Shown here in pieces: positions 27,552 through 40,876 of a DNA stretch of 64,000 bases (position 1 is the first letter of the stretch; the number at the start of each line of letters is the position of its first letter). A model generated the notes under the pieces. It worked only from the letters and a program-made list of their open reading frames with translations. It had not been told where the DNA came from and did no database searches. The position numbers were made by a program, and so were the translations under genes. This stretch comes from Squalus acanthias (Eukaryota): assembly GCA_030390025.1 (NCBI GenBank), contig CM059433.1, forward strand, positions 21,640,001 to 21,704,000, read 5' to 3'.

Positions 27552-28309
27552 TGAATGGTTCCAGTTGGGCATCTAAAATAAGTATTTAAAATGTCTTTTA
27601 TGTTAAACTTTTTATTTTAAAAAAGAATTGCATTTGGCTGTATAGCCATTAAATATAAAGGAAGTCCTTCAACCATCTCCTATTCTACAGTTCAAACTTT
27701 TTGGAAGCAGCCTGGGCGAAATATTTTGTGCACCATTTTGTCCACCAGTTACGCTGCCCTGTTGCACTCTTGTTGATATGAATTAGGACAGTGGTCTATA
27801 GAAATTTATTGAAATATAACAGGAATGTGAAAAATAGTCATCCAGCCTATCCAGCACACCCTGCCATTCTACTCCATTTATAGACAATGCTGAAACATCT
27901 CCCTCCTGTCTTGACACTAACCTTTACTTCCTTGTGGTATCAGGAAATCTCCTTCTTTTTGAGCCCACATTTTGTGAACTAGTTTGTTGAAGTGACCAGT
28001 TCTTAATGAAAAACAACTGCAGGCTGTAGTGTCCACAGTCGTAGCAGCAGATGACACAGCACCAAATTGTTGCTAATACCTGAGCTTTCCAAGTTATAAA
28101 GACAAAGCAGAGAATTTTATGCTGCTGCTTAAGCGCTGGTTATTTTGGATTACTTAGCTCATAGCTACTTTTCCCGCTTTACCACTAAAGAAAATACCAA
28201 GATTCCCCTCTTGATTTTTGGGATCATGTCCTCTTTTTCTGTTTTTGTTTACCCAGTGAGAATGGAGTCAGCCGCCCTAGTCAGCCATATTGTACCCTTT
28301 GTATAATAT

Positions 28310-28891
28310 GGGCTGGATTTTCCTTCGGGAATCTGCCTGTTTTAGGCAGTCCTGTTGTACTGTTGAAAGGAAAATGGGGATAGGGAGGCCCGCTGCCGCA
28401 TCCCCACCTCTAAAATGAGCTGCCAACCGCCACTGATGTAATCTTCTTACCCATTGCCTTCCCCACTGTATGTAAATGACCGCAAGGGAGAAGGCCTTGA
28501 GACTGAAGCCCATTTGCCACCTCTGTATCTCCAACAGTGATGAAAATGGGTAGGAATTCTTGGATGGAAGGAAAGAACCTCAATCTGGTCACCTCTCCCT
28601 TTCCTATCCACTCCAGCTGCCAGTTTTTCTGCAGATAGGTTCTTGCAGAACCGTGTTAAGCCTTCCTGTCTGGCACCTTTAAGGGGCTTCTGGCCTTTTT
28701 AACAGTCGTCCCACCCAGCACCACATTTTCTTCATCAACAGTAGCAGATTCCCTCTGAAGAGTGGAGATAACAGTGGTAGCCCACTCTGCATGTAACTTA
28801 CCTCAAACCAGGAAAATGGGTCAGTGTCACATCGGGGTCACATCGGTAGGCAGAGGTCCTGCCCTCCCTCATTTCAAGGAAACTCTAAGCT
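28310..28891. mobile_element. Old Harbinger-type MITE
   Basis: Left end GGGCTGGATTTTCCTT; degenerate right end; GC-rich interior. Confidence 0.4.
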
Positions 28892-30454
28892 TAGTACTCC
28901 TTGATGGATTTAGTGAAAGGTGATAATTTGACCTGTGAATTTTCTAATATTGACTGCTGCCTTTACAAATGTTGATGGCTTATGAAAAATCATGTGGTGA
29001 GGGAAGTTGTAGTCAGCATGAAGCATTGCCCCTTGTGAAGTTTAGCAGATGGTGAACAAGACACATACATACATCTCCCCAATGCCCCAGCTTGAAAAGT
29101 GGACTCATTATTATACAGTGTGACTTTTTAATTTGCCAAACTAATGAGCTTCTGTAAGTAATGTTTCTACATAGTGCTGATTTTGATGTATTTGAGGGGG
29201 AAATTCGTATTGTGGGCTCACATTGAGTAGTCCTAAAGCAGGGTCAATTTTGTGCTGTGGTCTCAGATCCACTACAATTGGGTTCAGATCAACCAAGTTA
29301 CTTTCAATTAGCTGTTGTCCAAGAGAATACTTTTATTCCACCTGCTGGCTAGAGCGTGAAACTGACTTTAAATCATTGTTATAATGCACTACACCAACTC
29401 AGTTCTTCAGATGCCGATGCTGTTGATTCTTTCGTGTTTTGTAAATTTAAAGTCAGCATGTCAGAGTACTGCTTCTGATTTGATAGGCAAGTCAAAACTA
29501 TGGATTAGAGGAAAGAACTCTGCTGCCCAAATGAAATCACTATCATTGAACCTGTCAAAACTGACTGAATATTGCCTGCGGTACAAACAGGCATGTATAG
29601 TCCTCCTTTTTCCGAGAGAGTTGCTTAATCTCTTCGATCTCTTTGGAAAGATAATATGAATTTATTAAGGAACTACTGGATATATTCATCACTCCCTTGA
29701 TTCCAGTGGGGAACTGCGTGGAAATGCAGTACAGGTCAGAGAATTGGCACTGCCGTGTTCTAGCCCTATCTCTGAATCATGCTCCCATCGAGCATTACTC
29801 CCTTGTGTCAAATATAAATCAGATAATATTGAATATTCCTCGTGATCTTTAGATGGTTGGCATCTCTAACGATTCAGCACTGACCTTTATGCATTTGGTC
29901 AAGGTGAATGCTAAGCTACACTAGCTTGGCCAGAAAAAGCACGCCTCCGACCTAATCAACTGTACCTCCAGTGTTTGTAATGATTGACAGCTGCAAAAAA
30001 GATTACAGGGATACGTTTGTAAGTCAGCTACAGAATTCCTGATCATAGTCCTGGTTAATAAGGAAATATTAAGACAGGCTTGTGGGTTGCTTCTCTGAAT
30101 TTTAAACTGGGTTTTAAATCCAGTTAAAACATTACAAATAAAGTGACTCTTAAATCTGCATTTCAGCATTTTTTTTCTTAAAATAATAATGTACTTAAAA
30201 CTGGCTTTTTAAAAATTGTTTCAGTGATTTTTGTTTCCATCAATCTGAGCATGTTAATATTAAAGCATGGAACATTTCAGGCAACCAGACCCAGCATCGA
30301 GTTATTCCCAAGTCAGCTATAGATGCAGAGTAAAGCTCCCAAAACTCTGCTCCAATTTCTCTCTTGTATCATGCCAGCGCTTTGAGGAGCAGCAGGTTGT
30401 TTGACTGTGAAAGGCATAAGAATGAACTTTAATCGTGTCCTCATAAAATCAAAA

Positions 30455-31600
30455 GAAAGAATCAGCTTGTAGGAAGAGTGCACCTTTCATCTTCTCAGGA
30501 TATCACAAAGTACTTCACAATCAATTAATTGTTTTTGAAGTGTGGTCGGTGATATTATGTAGCAAATGTGGCAGCCACTTCACTCACAGCGAAACTGCAA
30601 TGAAATAAATAATGGGTTCATCTGTTTTTCTGGTGATGTTTGTTGAGTGATAAATGTTGGCCAGCACACAAACATAACCACTCTTGCTTGTCTTTGAATA
30701 CTGCCACGGGATCTTTTACATCCAACTGAACAGCAGATGGGACTTTGGATTAACGTCTCATCTGAAAGACAGTGGCACAGTACTCCTTCAATGCTGCACT
30801 GAACTGTCAGCCTAGATTGGCCCAGAAATTGATCTCGCTCTGTTCCCGCGGGGGTAAGCCTTCCCCGCGATGTCTCACCTCGCTTATGCTTTTTCTGATC
30901 CAGCTCGCACGAACTTGATGTTCCAGACATCAGCTGTGCTGGGCTTGCGTATCCCAGCGGCGTAGTGAATTCGTGCGAGCTGTGGGATCACGTGACTCAG
31001 TTAGAGCCAATGGCAGCATACCATCTTCCATTCATAAGTCTCACAGCATGGCTGTGAGACTTATGAATCTTACACCCCCCCAAAATAACAGCTAAACCTC
31101 AATTAAATTAAAAAAAAACCATCACATTAATAAAATAAGTATAGTTAATTAAATTAACCATTTTAAATAAAAAATTAAATTTTTGAAAAAATTTAAAATC
31201 TTTTAAAAAGTTATAAAAATAAACTTACCTGTCTTTAAAGTCTATAAAAAAGATATACCTGTAAAAAAAAATTCAAAAAAATACTTAATTCACTACTTAC
31301 CTTCTTAAAAGCGGGTCTTACTCCTCCTTTTTACATTTCCAAAATCTTCCCTACTTACCTGCGCGTCCAAAGCATGAAGTGCACAGCGTGCGCGCAGCCT
31401 GTAGCGCGCACGCGATGCACCCAGGCCCCGCCCCCTTTTCGGAAGAGCAATTGCCGGTTTTCAGCACATGCGCAGGGCATGCAGAAAACCGGCAATTGGA
31501 GTGGGAATACGCGAGAGTACGCAGTGCGTACTCTCGCGTCCCGGGATCAATTTTCGGCCCATTATGTGCTCAAATCCTGTAGGATCAGGAATGGGAACAT
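30455..31600 (-). mobile_element. Older DeuSINE-like copy split by MITE 30819-31560
   Basis: Similar to the SINE at 59232-60297; GTCAGCCTAG-ATT-ATGTGCTCAA rejoins across the insert. Confidence 0.65.
30819..31560. mobile_element. Hairpin-rich Harbinger-type MITE (family A, complete)
   Basis: TIR GGCCCAGAAATTGATC / GATCAATTTTCGGCCC; TSD ATT; 742 bp. Confidence 0.85.
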
Positions 31601-31673
31601 TGACTGACTTTCCACCTATCTAGCTCAGGCATCACTAAGACCAATTGCAGTGACCAACTACTGAGATGAAGGT

Positions 31674-33312
31674 AAGGTGGCAGATGGAGTATAATGTAGG
31701 GAAATGTGAGGTTATTTACTTTGGTAGGATGAATAGAAAAACAGAATATTTTTTAAATGGTGAGAAACTTTCAAATGTTGTTGTTCAGAGAGATTTGGGT
31801 GTCCTCGTGCAAGAAACACAGAAAGCTAGCTTGGAGTTACAGCAAGCAATAAGGAAGGCAAATGGCATGTTGGCCTTTATTGCAAGGGGGTTGGAGTATA
31901 AGAGTAAGGAAGTCTTGCTACAATTGTACAGGGCTTTGGTGAGACCACACCTGGAGTACTGTGTACAGTTTTGGTCTCCTTATCTAAGGAAGGTTATACT
32001 TGCCTGAGAGGCGGTGCAACGAAGGTTCACTAGATTTATTCCTGGGTTGAGAGGGCTGTCCTATGATGAGAGATTGTGTAGAATGGGCCTATACTCTCTG
32101 GAGTTCAGAAGAATGAGAGGTGATCTCATTGAAACATACAAGATTCTGAAGGGGGTTGACAGGGTAGATGCTGAGAGGTTGTTTCCCCTGGCTGGAGTGT
32201 CTAGAACTAGGGGGCATAGACTCAGGATAAGGGTTAGGCCATTTAAGACTGAGATGAGGAGGAATTTCTTCACTGAGAGGGCTGTGAATGCTGAGTCTTT
32301 GGGGGTGATTTTGCCAATGGGGACGTGATGGAGGCGGTGCTGCTGCTTGTCGGGCTTTAGTCCCGCCTCCATCGACGTCCGGTCAACCTATGCTATTTTT
32401 CCTTGATTGACCTTGTTAATCCCGCCCAGCAGGCTTAGAAGGCCAATTAAGGGAAAGTCGGTTACTGGTGACGTCAGCGAGTGACGTTTCATCTGTCAAG
32501 AGCTTTTGACAGATAAATTGTCAACATTTGAGAGCTCTGTGAAGCTGTCAAACACTGACAATCTGTCTTCTAAGTTGAGACCTGGGACACAGGCTCACTT
32601 AGAGACCTGTCCTGAGCAGAAAGCAGAAGGCTGATGCATTTGAGAATGCAGCGGCCATTCTGCTTTCTCTGCTGGTGAGATAAGGGACTCCCAAGACCTG
32701 AAGGGTTGAAGCCTGGATAAAGAAGCAAAGGTAAATAAAGCTTTTAAAACACTTAAGACTCACCTCACACACTTACCTCTCCACATATGGACCCATCACT
32801 CACCTGCACGCCGGACATCTCGGCCCCGCAGACCCCCGCAGACCCACGGCTCGCCTCGCTGACCCTGGCGAGGTTCGGAGCCATCGGGAAGCCCACACTT
32901 TAGGGTTCAAAATAGGGATTATCCAAAAAACTGCCTGTTAACTACCTGTTAACAGGCAGTTAATTGGCACTAATCCCCTTCCCGCCTTGAGAAGGCGGCA
33001 CCCAGCACGGGTCGGGTACCCGCTTCCTGGGAAGATGGCATGGAGGCGGGTTGGGGGTGGGATGGGTACCCGCCCCCAGATTCTGCCATTTTCCCAGCAG
33101 TCCCGCCTCCCCAGAGCTGGCAAAATCGCCCCCTTTGAGTATATTCAAGGCTAAGACAGATAGATTTTTGGACTCTAGGGGAATCAAGGGATATGGAGAT
33201 CGGGTGGGAAAGTGGCGTTGAGGTCGATGATCAGCCATGATCTTATTGAATGGCGGAGCAGGCTCGAGGGGCTGTATGGCCTACTCCTGCTCCTATTTCT
33301 TATGTTCTTATG
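31674..33312 (+). mobile_element. 5'-truncated CR1 split by Harbinger 32301-33133
   Basis: ORF2 C-terminus resumes at 33134; tail (TTCTTATG)n. Confidence 0.92.
32301..33133. mobile_element. Non-autonomous Harbinger, short derivative (same family as 17522-18366)
   Basis: TIR GGGGG(T/C)GATTTTGCCA; TSD TTT; 833 bp. Confidence 0.88.
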
Positions 33313-33468
33313 AACTAAATCAGTGCAAACCTCTAATGAAACTTATGACTTTGTGGGCTATTTGGCTTCGTACTACACCAAGAAAGTGCCTTTACCCATT
33401 AGGCAATTGGAGAAGCCAATCTGTTTGCCTCAGCCATTGCATATTGGTGCTGTTCATTAATATTTAAT

Positions 33469-33897
33469 ACAACAACAACTTAAACTTATATAGCGCCTTC
33501 AATGTAGTAAAATGTCCCAAGGTGCTTTAGCAAGCAAAATTTGACAACACGCCACATAAGGAGATATTAGGACAGATGAACAACAGCTTGGTCAAAGAGG
33601 TAGGTTTTAAGGAGTGTCTTAAAGGAGGAAAGAGAGATAGAGAGGCGGAGAGGTTTAGGAAGGGAATTCCAGAGCTTAGGGCCTTGGCAGCTGAAGGCAC
33701 GGCCACCAATGGTGGAGTGATGAAAATCGGGGATGCGCAAGAAGCCAGAGTTGGAGGAGCGCCGAGATCTCAAAGGCTTGTAGAGCTGGAGGAGGTTACA
33801 GAGATAGGGAGGGGGCCAGGCCATGGAGGGATTTGAACACAAGGATGGGAATTTTAAAATCAGGGCATTGCCGGACCAGGAGCCAATGTAGGTCAGT
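33469..33897 (-). mobile_element. L2 LINE 3' end
   Basis: GGRAFSCQGPKLWNSLP...FKTLLKTYLF; tail GGCGCTATATAAG...(GTT)n. Confidence 0.88.
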
Positions 33898-34629
33898 ATC
33901 AAAATTCAACAAAATTATCTTAGATAGCCATGTATTTCAACTTGAGTGAATAATTCTTTACCGTTTGTTATTTGTAAAGAGGTTCTTTTCCCCATGGGTA
34001 AATATGCAGGGGTCAATGAAAACTAAAAAGAGGAATTTACAAGCTTGCCAGCATGCTGACCTTTGCAAACATGAGCAAATCAAGTGGAAAATAGAACATA
34101 TACTAGCTGCTTAGATTGGGTAACTGCGTGTGAAAAGCTGAAGGTCATTTGTTCATTTACATACTTGGTTAGCAAATTGACATATTTGTTTGATTTCGTA
34201 TGAGGGCTGTGAAGATGATTAATTGTTATTTTTATTGGAGTTATGTAATGAATGAATGTAAAGAAATGTGTTTTGAATGTTTGAAATTATAGTCACAGCT
34301 ATGTAGGAATTCCCACTGTACAGACAAAAGAACATTGGAAAATGTTCCAAGAAATTCAACAAGGATAGTAATGGGCCTTAAATCAACAAATGAAGAAAGG
34401 CCAAGGGAACTGAGTGTGCCCTCATTGGGGAAAAACATCAGGTAGAATAGAATTTACACCAGAAATTCCTTTGTGGTTTTAAGTGTGAAGGGAAATAATG
34501 GGAAGTGAAGGAAATTGTGGGCAAAACATAACTTAGAGGGTCATCTTAACCTAACCCGCCCAGCAGGATACTGAAGGGATCAAATCGTCTGCCCCATTTA
34601 CACCACACCCAATTTTACTTTCCATTGAA

Positions 34630-35340
34630 GCACCTGAAATGAAAGAGAGGGACAAAAGTTAGCCTATAGTGTGCACAGAGAGCAGAGAGAGGTGTGTGGC
34701 TGCTGAAACGAGGGTGAGATAGAAGTAAAAAGGAAAAAAGGTGTGAAGAAACCCTGCACAATATCGCCTCGAGTGTTACTACTTGCCATAGCCATGACTG
34801 GCCCTTGGCATGCTGGCTAACACATCTTCCTTCATTGGGGACAGGGTGTCCGGGCGGGATCGGCCTCCTCCGGTCACCACCTCCTGCCTCATGTTGTGCA
34901 TGACCTCCTGCAAGAAAGAAGGGAGTGTGAAAGTGACAGCCTTGTGAGGTGTTTTGAGAATGTGGTTGTCATGCTCGAATAGTGCAGATGTTGTGTGCAA
35001 GATGTAAGGTGTGGGGAAGTGAGGATTGTAATAATGGTGAGAGTAGAAGGTGCAAAGTGTGTGAGCAGGATGAAAAGGAGGTAGAGTGAAGTGTGGTGCA
35101 GTGATTGTAAGAAGGTGAAGGGATGCGGGGGAGGGGAGTATTGTGCATAGTCTGACTGCAGGTGTGAGAAGAAGGTAATTGATGTGAGAAGTAAGAGTCA
35201 TACCTTGACAACTCCGGTGGGCTCATTGTAATTTTTTCGATATTGCAGCCATGTCCAGGGAGTGAAGCTCCTGGCATTATCCTCCTCAGCGACCACTTAC
35301 CACTGTCTAAGGATGTGCTGCCTGGAGGACTTTCTGCCTG
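34630..35340 (-). pseudogene. Decayed Harbinger Myb/SANT gene fragment (two exons plus introns)
   Basis: W*VVAEE..ARS..WTWLQYRK then GTATGA donor near 35202; ttgcAG then EVMHNMRQEVVTGGG. Same exon layout as 50571-52808. Confidence 0.65.
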
Positions 35341-35842
35341 GGATTTTAAATCTAGACAAAGCAAACTACATAGGTATGAGGGGCGAGTTGGCTAAGGTAG
35401 ATTGGGAAACTACATTAAAAGGTATGACGGTAGACAAGCAATGGTTAGCATTTAAAGAATTAATACATAATTTACAACAAATATACATTCCTTTAAGGCA
35501 CAAAAATCCCACAGGAAAAGTGGTCCAACCATGTCTAACAAGAGAAGTTAAAGATAGTATTAGATCAAAGGAAGAGGCTTATAATGTTACCAAAAAGAGT
35601 AGTAAGCCTGAGGATTGGGAGGATTTTAGAATTCAGCAAAGGAGGACCAAGAAATTGATAAGGAAAAGAAAAAAGAATATGAGAGTAAATTAGCAAGAGA
35701 CATAAAAACAGATTGTAAACATTTCTATAGGTATGTAAATAGGAAGAGATTAGTGATAGTAAACGTGGGCCCATTAGAGGCAGAGACAGGAGAAATTATA
35801 ATGGGCAATAAGGAAAAGGCAGAGACATTAAATAAATACTTT

Positions 35843-37618
35843 GGGCTGAATTTTGCCAGTGCACAGAGTGCGGGTTTGGAGGCGGGTCGGCTGTCAAAAT
35901 CAAAATGATTGACAGTGGGTTGGGAGCCCACTCCAAACCCGCCTCCATGTAAGTTTCCAAAGTGTCGGGTCTGCGATTTCAGAATAAACCCGACACCAAG
36001 CGGCGGGGGAGGCATTTAAGATTGTTAAATCCTTGTTAAATGCTTGTTAACTACTATTTTGCCAGCCTATTTCTATTTTTACCACTTTTTAGCGAGGTTC
36101 ACGTCGTTCGGAGATCACGTCAGGTAAGTAGGTTGGGTTCTCTATGTCTCCCCTTTGCTGTGAATAGGTGACAGCTGCAAAAGTGATTTTAAAAAAAGCT
36201 ACCATTTCACAGCTCGTCACTTTCCAATGTCAGAAGCTTGAGCCTTCAGGACTTGGAAGACACTTTTGAGCTGTATGCAGTTTGGAAGTGTTTGGAGTAA
36301 ACTCTCTATCCACTGTCACCTCCTTGGAGCAAGCTCTCTCACCATTGACAGATCGCTTCTGTCATCTCAACTTCAGCTGCCATCTATTCCAGCAACATCG
36401 GTGCCCTTGAAAATTCTCACCTTGGTCCTCTGAATCCCTCCACAATCAGCCCCAACACCAGCAGCACCAACAGCAACACCAACTTTCTCCGCAATCGCCT
36501 GATGCTGCACAGGACACAGGGCATCAGCACCCGACAACATTGCTGCCCGGAGGCCAGCGATGACATCACCATGGCCAGATTTACTTCACTTGACGCTGTA
36601 CACCCTGGCTGCCACATGATGCGCCAGGTTGACACCACCCCACACCGGCACCCTAAAGCTTCCCAACAATGTCCAAGCCATTCCTTTCACACTCATCACA
36701 ATTGGGGGGGGGGGGGGGCAGTGGGAAGTTATGTCTCAACATTCACTGGAACTCGCTAAGACACTTCCAAAGGTGAGCACAGATCTGTCCAATAAGGCAA
36801 AGTGTTGAAAATACAGGTTTCAATGTTTGACACCACATAAACAGAAAATTTACATGAACATTTCATAAAACATCCAAGGGGCTACCATTGTGTGTTGTTA
36901 GTTGGTATGATTAGACTATGATGAGGGTGAGTGTGAGCGGTGGCTAGTGAGATGGGGAAGTGATAATGTAGATAGAGAGGGGTGGGTGAGGTGCAAGGCA
37001 AGATGGTGTGAGTAAGGATGTGCAGGAGTAGGGTAGGGAAGGCAGAGTGATGGGGATGTGATGAGTGGCAGTGCAGGATGAGGTTGAGTGTGGCTTTGCA
37101 GTAACGTTTCGTGATCTACTGAGATCATTGAAAGGCTTGCGTCAGTGCAGCCTGGTCCTCCTGATGACATCCCTGCTTTTGCCCTCCTGTGCAGCCAGGC
37201 TGCGTTGGTGTCCTGGGAAGGTCTCTTCCGCCCTTGGAAGGGAAGAGAACCTCCCTGTGTGCTGTGACTCTCTCCATAAGCATATGGAGGGAGTCATGCG
37301 AGAGCCTGGGTGCAGCCGTGCACCTCTGTGCAGTGCTTGTCAGTGTTTGCAGCACCTCAATGCTGCAGAACACTGACAGCACAACTGTCAAAATGAATGT
37401 GGCCATGGTCCCTTTAAGGAAACCGGCTGATGATGCGTCATCAAATGACGTCATCACACCCGCTTCCTTTTAATTGGCCGGGAAATGCCAAGGGCGGGCT
37501 TAGCAAGCCCAATCTACGTAAAATCCTTTTCACAGAGCGGCTGGAGCTGGGAGCGGGACTGGGACCCACCAACGACCTCTCCCTCCGCGATCCCGCCACC
37601 ACTGGCAAAATCGCGGCC
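35843..37618. mobile_element. Non-autonomous Harbinger (1.78 kb) with Myb exon-1 remnant (-) and deleted transposase (+)
   Basis: TIR GGGCTGAATTTTGCCAGTG / CACTGGCAAAATCGCGGCC; TSD TTT; APRLSHDSLHMLMERVTAHREVLFPS...RKPFNDL on the - strand. Confidence 0.9.
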
Positions 37619-38368
37619 TTTGTATCTGTCTTCACGGTAGAAGACACAAAAAACATTACGAAAATAATGGGGAACCAAGGGTCTAGAGAATGAGGAACTT
37701 AAAGAAATCAGTATAAGTAACGACATAGTGCTGGAGAAATTAATGGGACTAAGTGGCGACAAATCCCCTGGACCTGACGACCTGCATCCTAGGGTTTTAA
37801 AAGAGGTAGCTGCAGAGATAGTGGATGCACTGATATTAATCTTCCAGAATTCCCTAGATTCTAGAACAGTCCCCAAGGATTGGAAGGTAGCAAACATAAC
37901 CCCGCTATTTAAGAAAGGAGGAAGAGAAAAAACGGGGAACTATAGGCCAGTTATCCTGACATCAGTAGTCGGCAAAATGCTCGAATCTATTATTAGGGAC
38001 GTGGTAACAGGGCACTTAGAAAATCGTAATATGATTAAGCAGAGTCAACATGGTTTTATGAAAGGGAAATCGTATTTGACAAATCTGTTAGAGTTTTTTG
38101 AAGATGTAACTAGTAGGATGGATAAGGGGGAACCAGTGGATGTGGTGTATTTGGATTTTCAAAAAGCATTCGATGAAGTGCCACACAAGAGGTTATTACA
38201 CAAAATGAGGACTCATGGTATTGGAGGTAATATATTAGCGTGGATTGAGGATTGGTTAATGGACAGAAAACAGAGAGTAGGAATAAACGGTACTTTTTTG
38301 GGTTGGCAGGCTGTAACTAGTGGGGTACCGCAAGGATCAGTGCTTGGGCCTCAGCTATTTACAATCTA

Positions 38369-38720
38369 CAGGAAACTCTCGTTTAAATGGCACCTAAATA
38401 TCTGGAATTCTCTATTAACCGGCAAAATTCATACTCCGAAAACAACACCTCAATAACCGTTTTGTTTTACTGTTAAGTAATTAAAGAGTCATGGATTACC
38501 CTCAACTGGCAGTACTGTATTTAATCAAGCATCTTCCACCATCCATTTCACACAACATTCTGTAGGTGAGTACCCAATTACTGTATACTGCACATTTCTT
38601 GATTTTTTATTTTTGTTTGTTAAAAATAGCCTCGGTAGATAACCCTCTCCGTCATCCGGAATTTTTAATCAACCGGCACCACCCCGGTCCCATCGGTGCC
38701 GGATACCAAAGAGTTTCCTG
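38369..38720. mobile_element. Tc1/mariner (Tigger/pogo-like) MITE
   Basis: TIR CAGGAAACTCT...GGCACC; TA TSD; 352 bp; splits the CR1 RT at FTIY|INDL. Confidence 0.85.
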
Positions 38721-40454
38721 TATATTAATGACTTAGATGAATGGACTGAGTGTAACGTATCCAAGTTTGCTGATGATACAAAGTTAGGTGGGAAATTAAG
38801 CTGTGAGGAGGATGCAAAGAGGCACAGAGAGAGATAGACAGGTTGACTGAGTGGGCAAGAGCATGGCAAATGGAATACAATGTGGGGAAGTGTGAAGTTA
38901 TCCACTTTGGTAGGAAAAACAAAAAAGCATGAATATTTTTTGAATGGTGAGAGACTGGGAAATGTTTGCATTCAGAGAGACCTGGGTGTCCTTGTACATG
39001 TACCACAGAAAGCTAACATGCAGGTACAGCAAGCAATGAGGAAAGCAAATGGTATGTTAGCTTTTATTACAAAGGGATTAGAGTTGTCTTACTACAATTA
39101 TACAGGGCATTGGTGAGGCTACATCTGGAGTACTGTGTACAGTTCTGGTCTCCTTACCTAAGGAAAGACATACTTGCCTTAGAGGGAGTGCAACAAAGGT
39201 TCACTAGACTGGTTCCTGGGATGAGAGGATTGTCCTATGAGGAGAGATTGAGTAGACTAGGCCTATATTCTCTAGAGTTTAGAAGAATGAGTGGTGATCT
39301 AATTGAAACATATAACATTCTTAAGGGGCTTGACAGGGTAAATGCTGAGAAAATGTTTCCCCTGGCTGGGGAGTCTAGAACACAGGGTCACAGTCTCAGA
39401 ATAAGGAGTCGGCCATTTAGGACTGAGATGAGGAGAAACTTCTTCACTCAAAGGGTGATGAATCTTTGGACTTCTCTACCCCAGAGAGCTGTGGAGGCTC
39501 AATTGTTGAGTATATTCAAGACAGAGGTCAGTAAATTTTTGGGAACTAAGGGAATTAAGGGATATGGGGATAGTGCAGGAAGGTGGAGTTGCGGTAGAAG
39601 ATCAGCCATGATCTTGTTGAATGGCGGAGTAGGCTCGAAGGGCCAAATGGCCTACTCCTGCTCCTAATTCTTATGTTCTTATGTTCGTGTGAATAGAATC
39701 TCCCTCCTCCTGTCCACCACCTGCACCAGGGCCTCTAACACTCAATCAGAGAACTTAGGTGACCTTTTTCCACTTGTGGTTTTCCTGAAGTCTCCCTGTT
39801 GCCAAACAGTAATGTGGATAGAGCTGGCTGCACGTCTGACTCATTATGATGGGCTGCCACCACTAATTCCACATTCTCCATGTGTCAACATGAACAGGCC
39901 CATGCAGCGCCCATCTGATTTTGGGCGCAGTTGAATTACGAGGCCATCAACTTCTAACTACACTCTGGAGGGGAGGGTGCAGGGGTAGGAAGAGAAGCTG
40001 TTGTTCAGGACGCTTTGGCTGACTATTGGATAGGTAAGAATGGAATCAAATGAGGGCAGTCTGAAATTCAACTATTAATTGAATATCAAAGAAGCTATTT
40101 TGACAGAGTGCAGCTGTTTTTAGTGTTTCTTTAAATTTAAAGTACAATATAAGATAGACCAATTGTTGTAGATGGACCTTTTAATAATAGTTATGCTAAC
40201 CAGGTGTTATACCAGCCTGAAGGACAATTTACAGTCGAGTGATTGGAGTTTTTGTTCAGGTGCTCATACCTTACCATCTTCATTTTCATTTTAAGCACAT
40301 TGTCCAGATCAAAGAAAGCATTTATCTCAATTAATTAATCCTGGCCCTCCATTTTAAATTCGTGAAAGGAACAACCTTCATTAGAATCTGAGTTACTGTA
40401 ACTTTTTGAAAAAACATATATGGATATAAACCTACTACGGCAAAATTATTACTA

Positions 40455-40876
40455 AAAACAAAATACTGTGGATGCTGGAAATCAGAAATAAAAACAGAAA
40501 CTGCTGGAAATACTCAGCAGGTCAGGCAGCATCTGTGGAGAGAGAAACAGAGTTAACGTTTCAGGTCCATGACCTTGCGTCAGAACTGGAAAAACTTAGA
40601 GATGTAACAGATTTTAAGCAGGGGGAGGGGAGGAAAGAACAAAAGGGAAGGTCTGTGATCGGGTGGAGGCAGGAGAGATTAAATGTCAAAAGGGATGATG
40701 GTGCAAGGCGAAAGGAGATGCTAATGGGGCAAGTAAAGAAACAAAAGATGGGTCTAGAAGAGGTGTAAATGGGAATAGCAGAATCATCAACAGCTGCCAT
40801 CTGAAAAAATGGGGGCAGAGGTTATGGTCTGAAATTGCTGAACTCGATGTTGAGTCCGGAAGGCTGTAAAGTGCCC
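40455..40876 (-). mobile_element. Penelope-like element 3' end (GIY-YIG C-terminus, pseudo-LTR, hammerhead core)
   Basis: Minus strand GTLQPSGLNIEFSNFRP*, then CTGACGC-A-AGGTCatgGACCT-GAAACGTT. Confidence 0.75.

Larger units (their letters stand above)
35341..39686 (+). mobile_element. CR1 LINE (ORF2 from linker to tail) with two DNA-transposon insertions
   Basis: Colinear ORF2 rejoins across 35843-37618 and 38369-38720; FADD at about 38766; tail (TTCTTATG)n. Confidence 0.95.
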
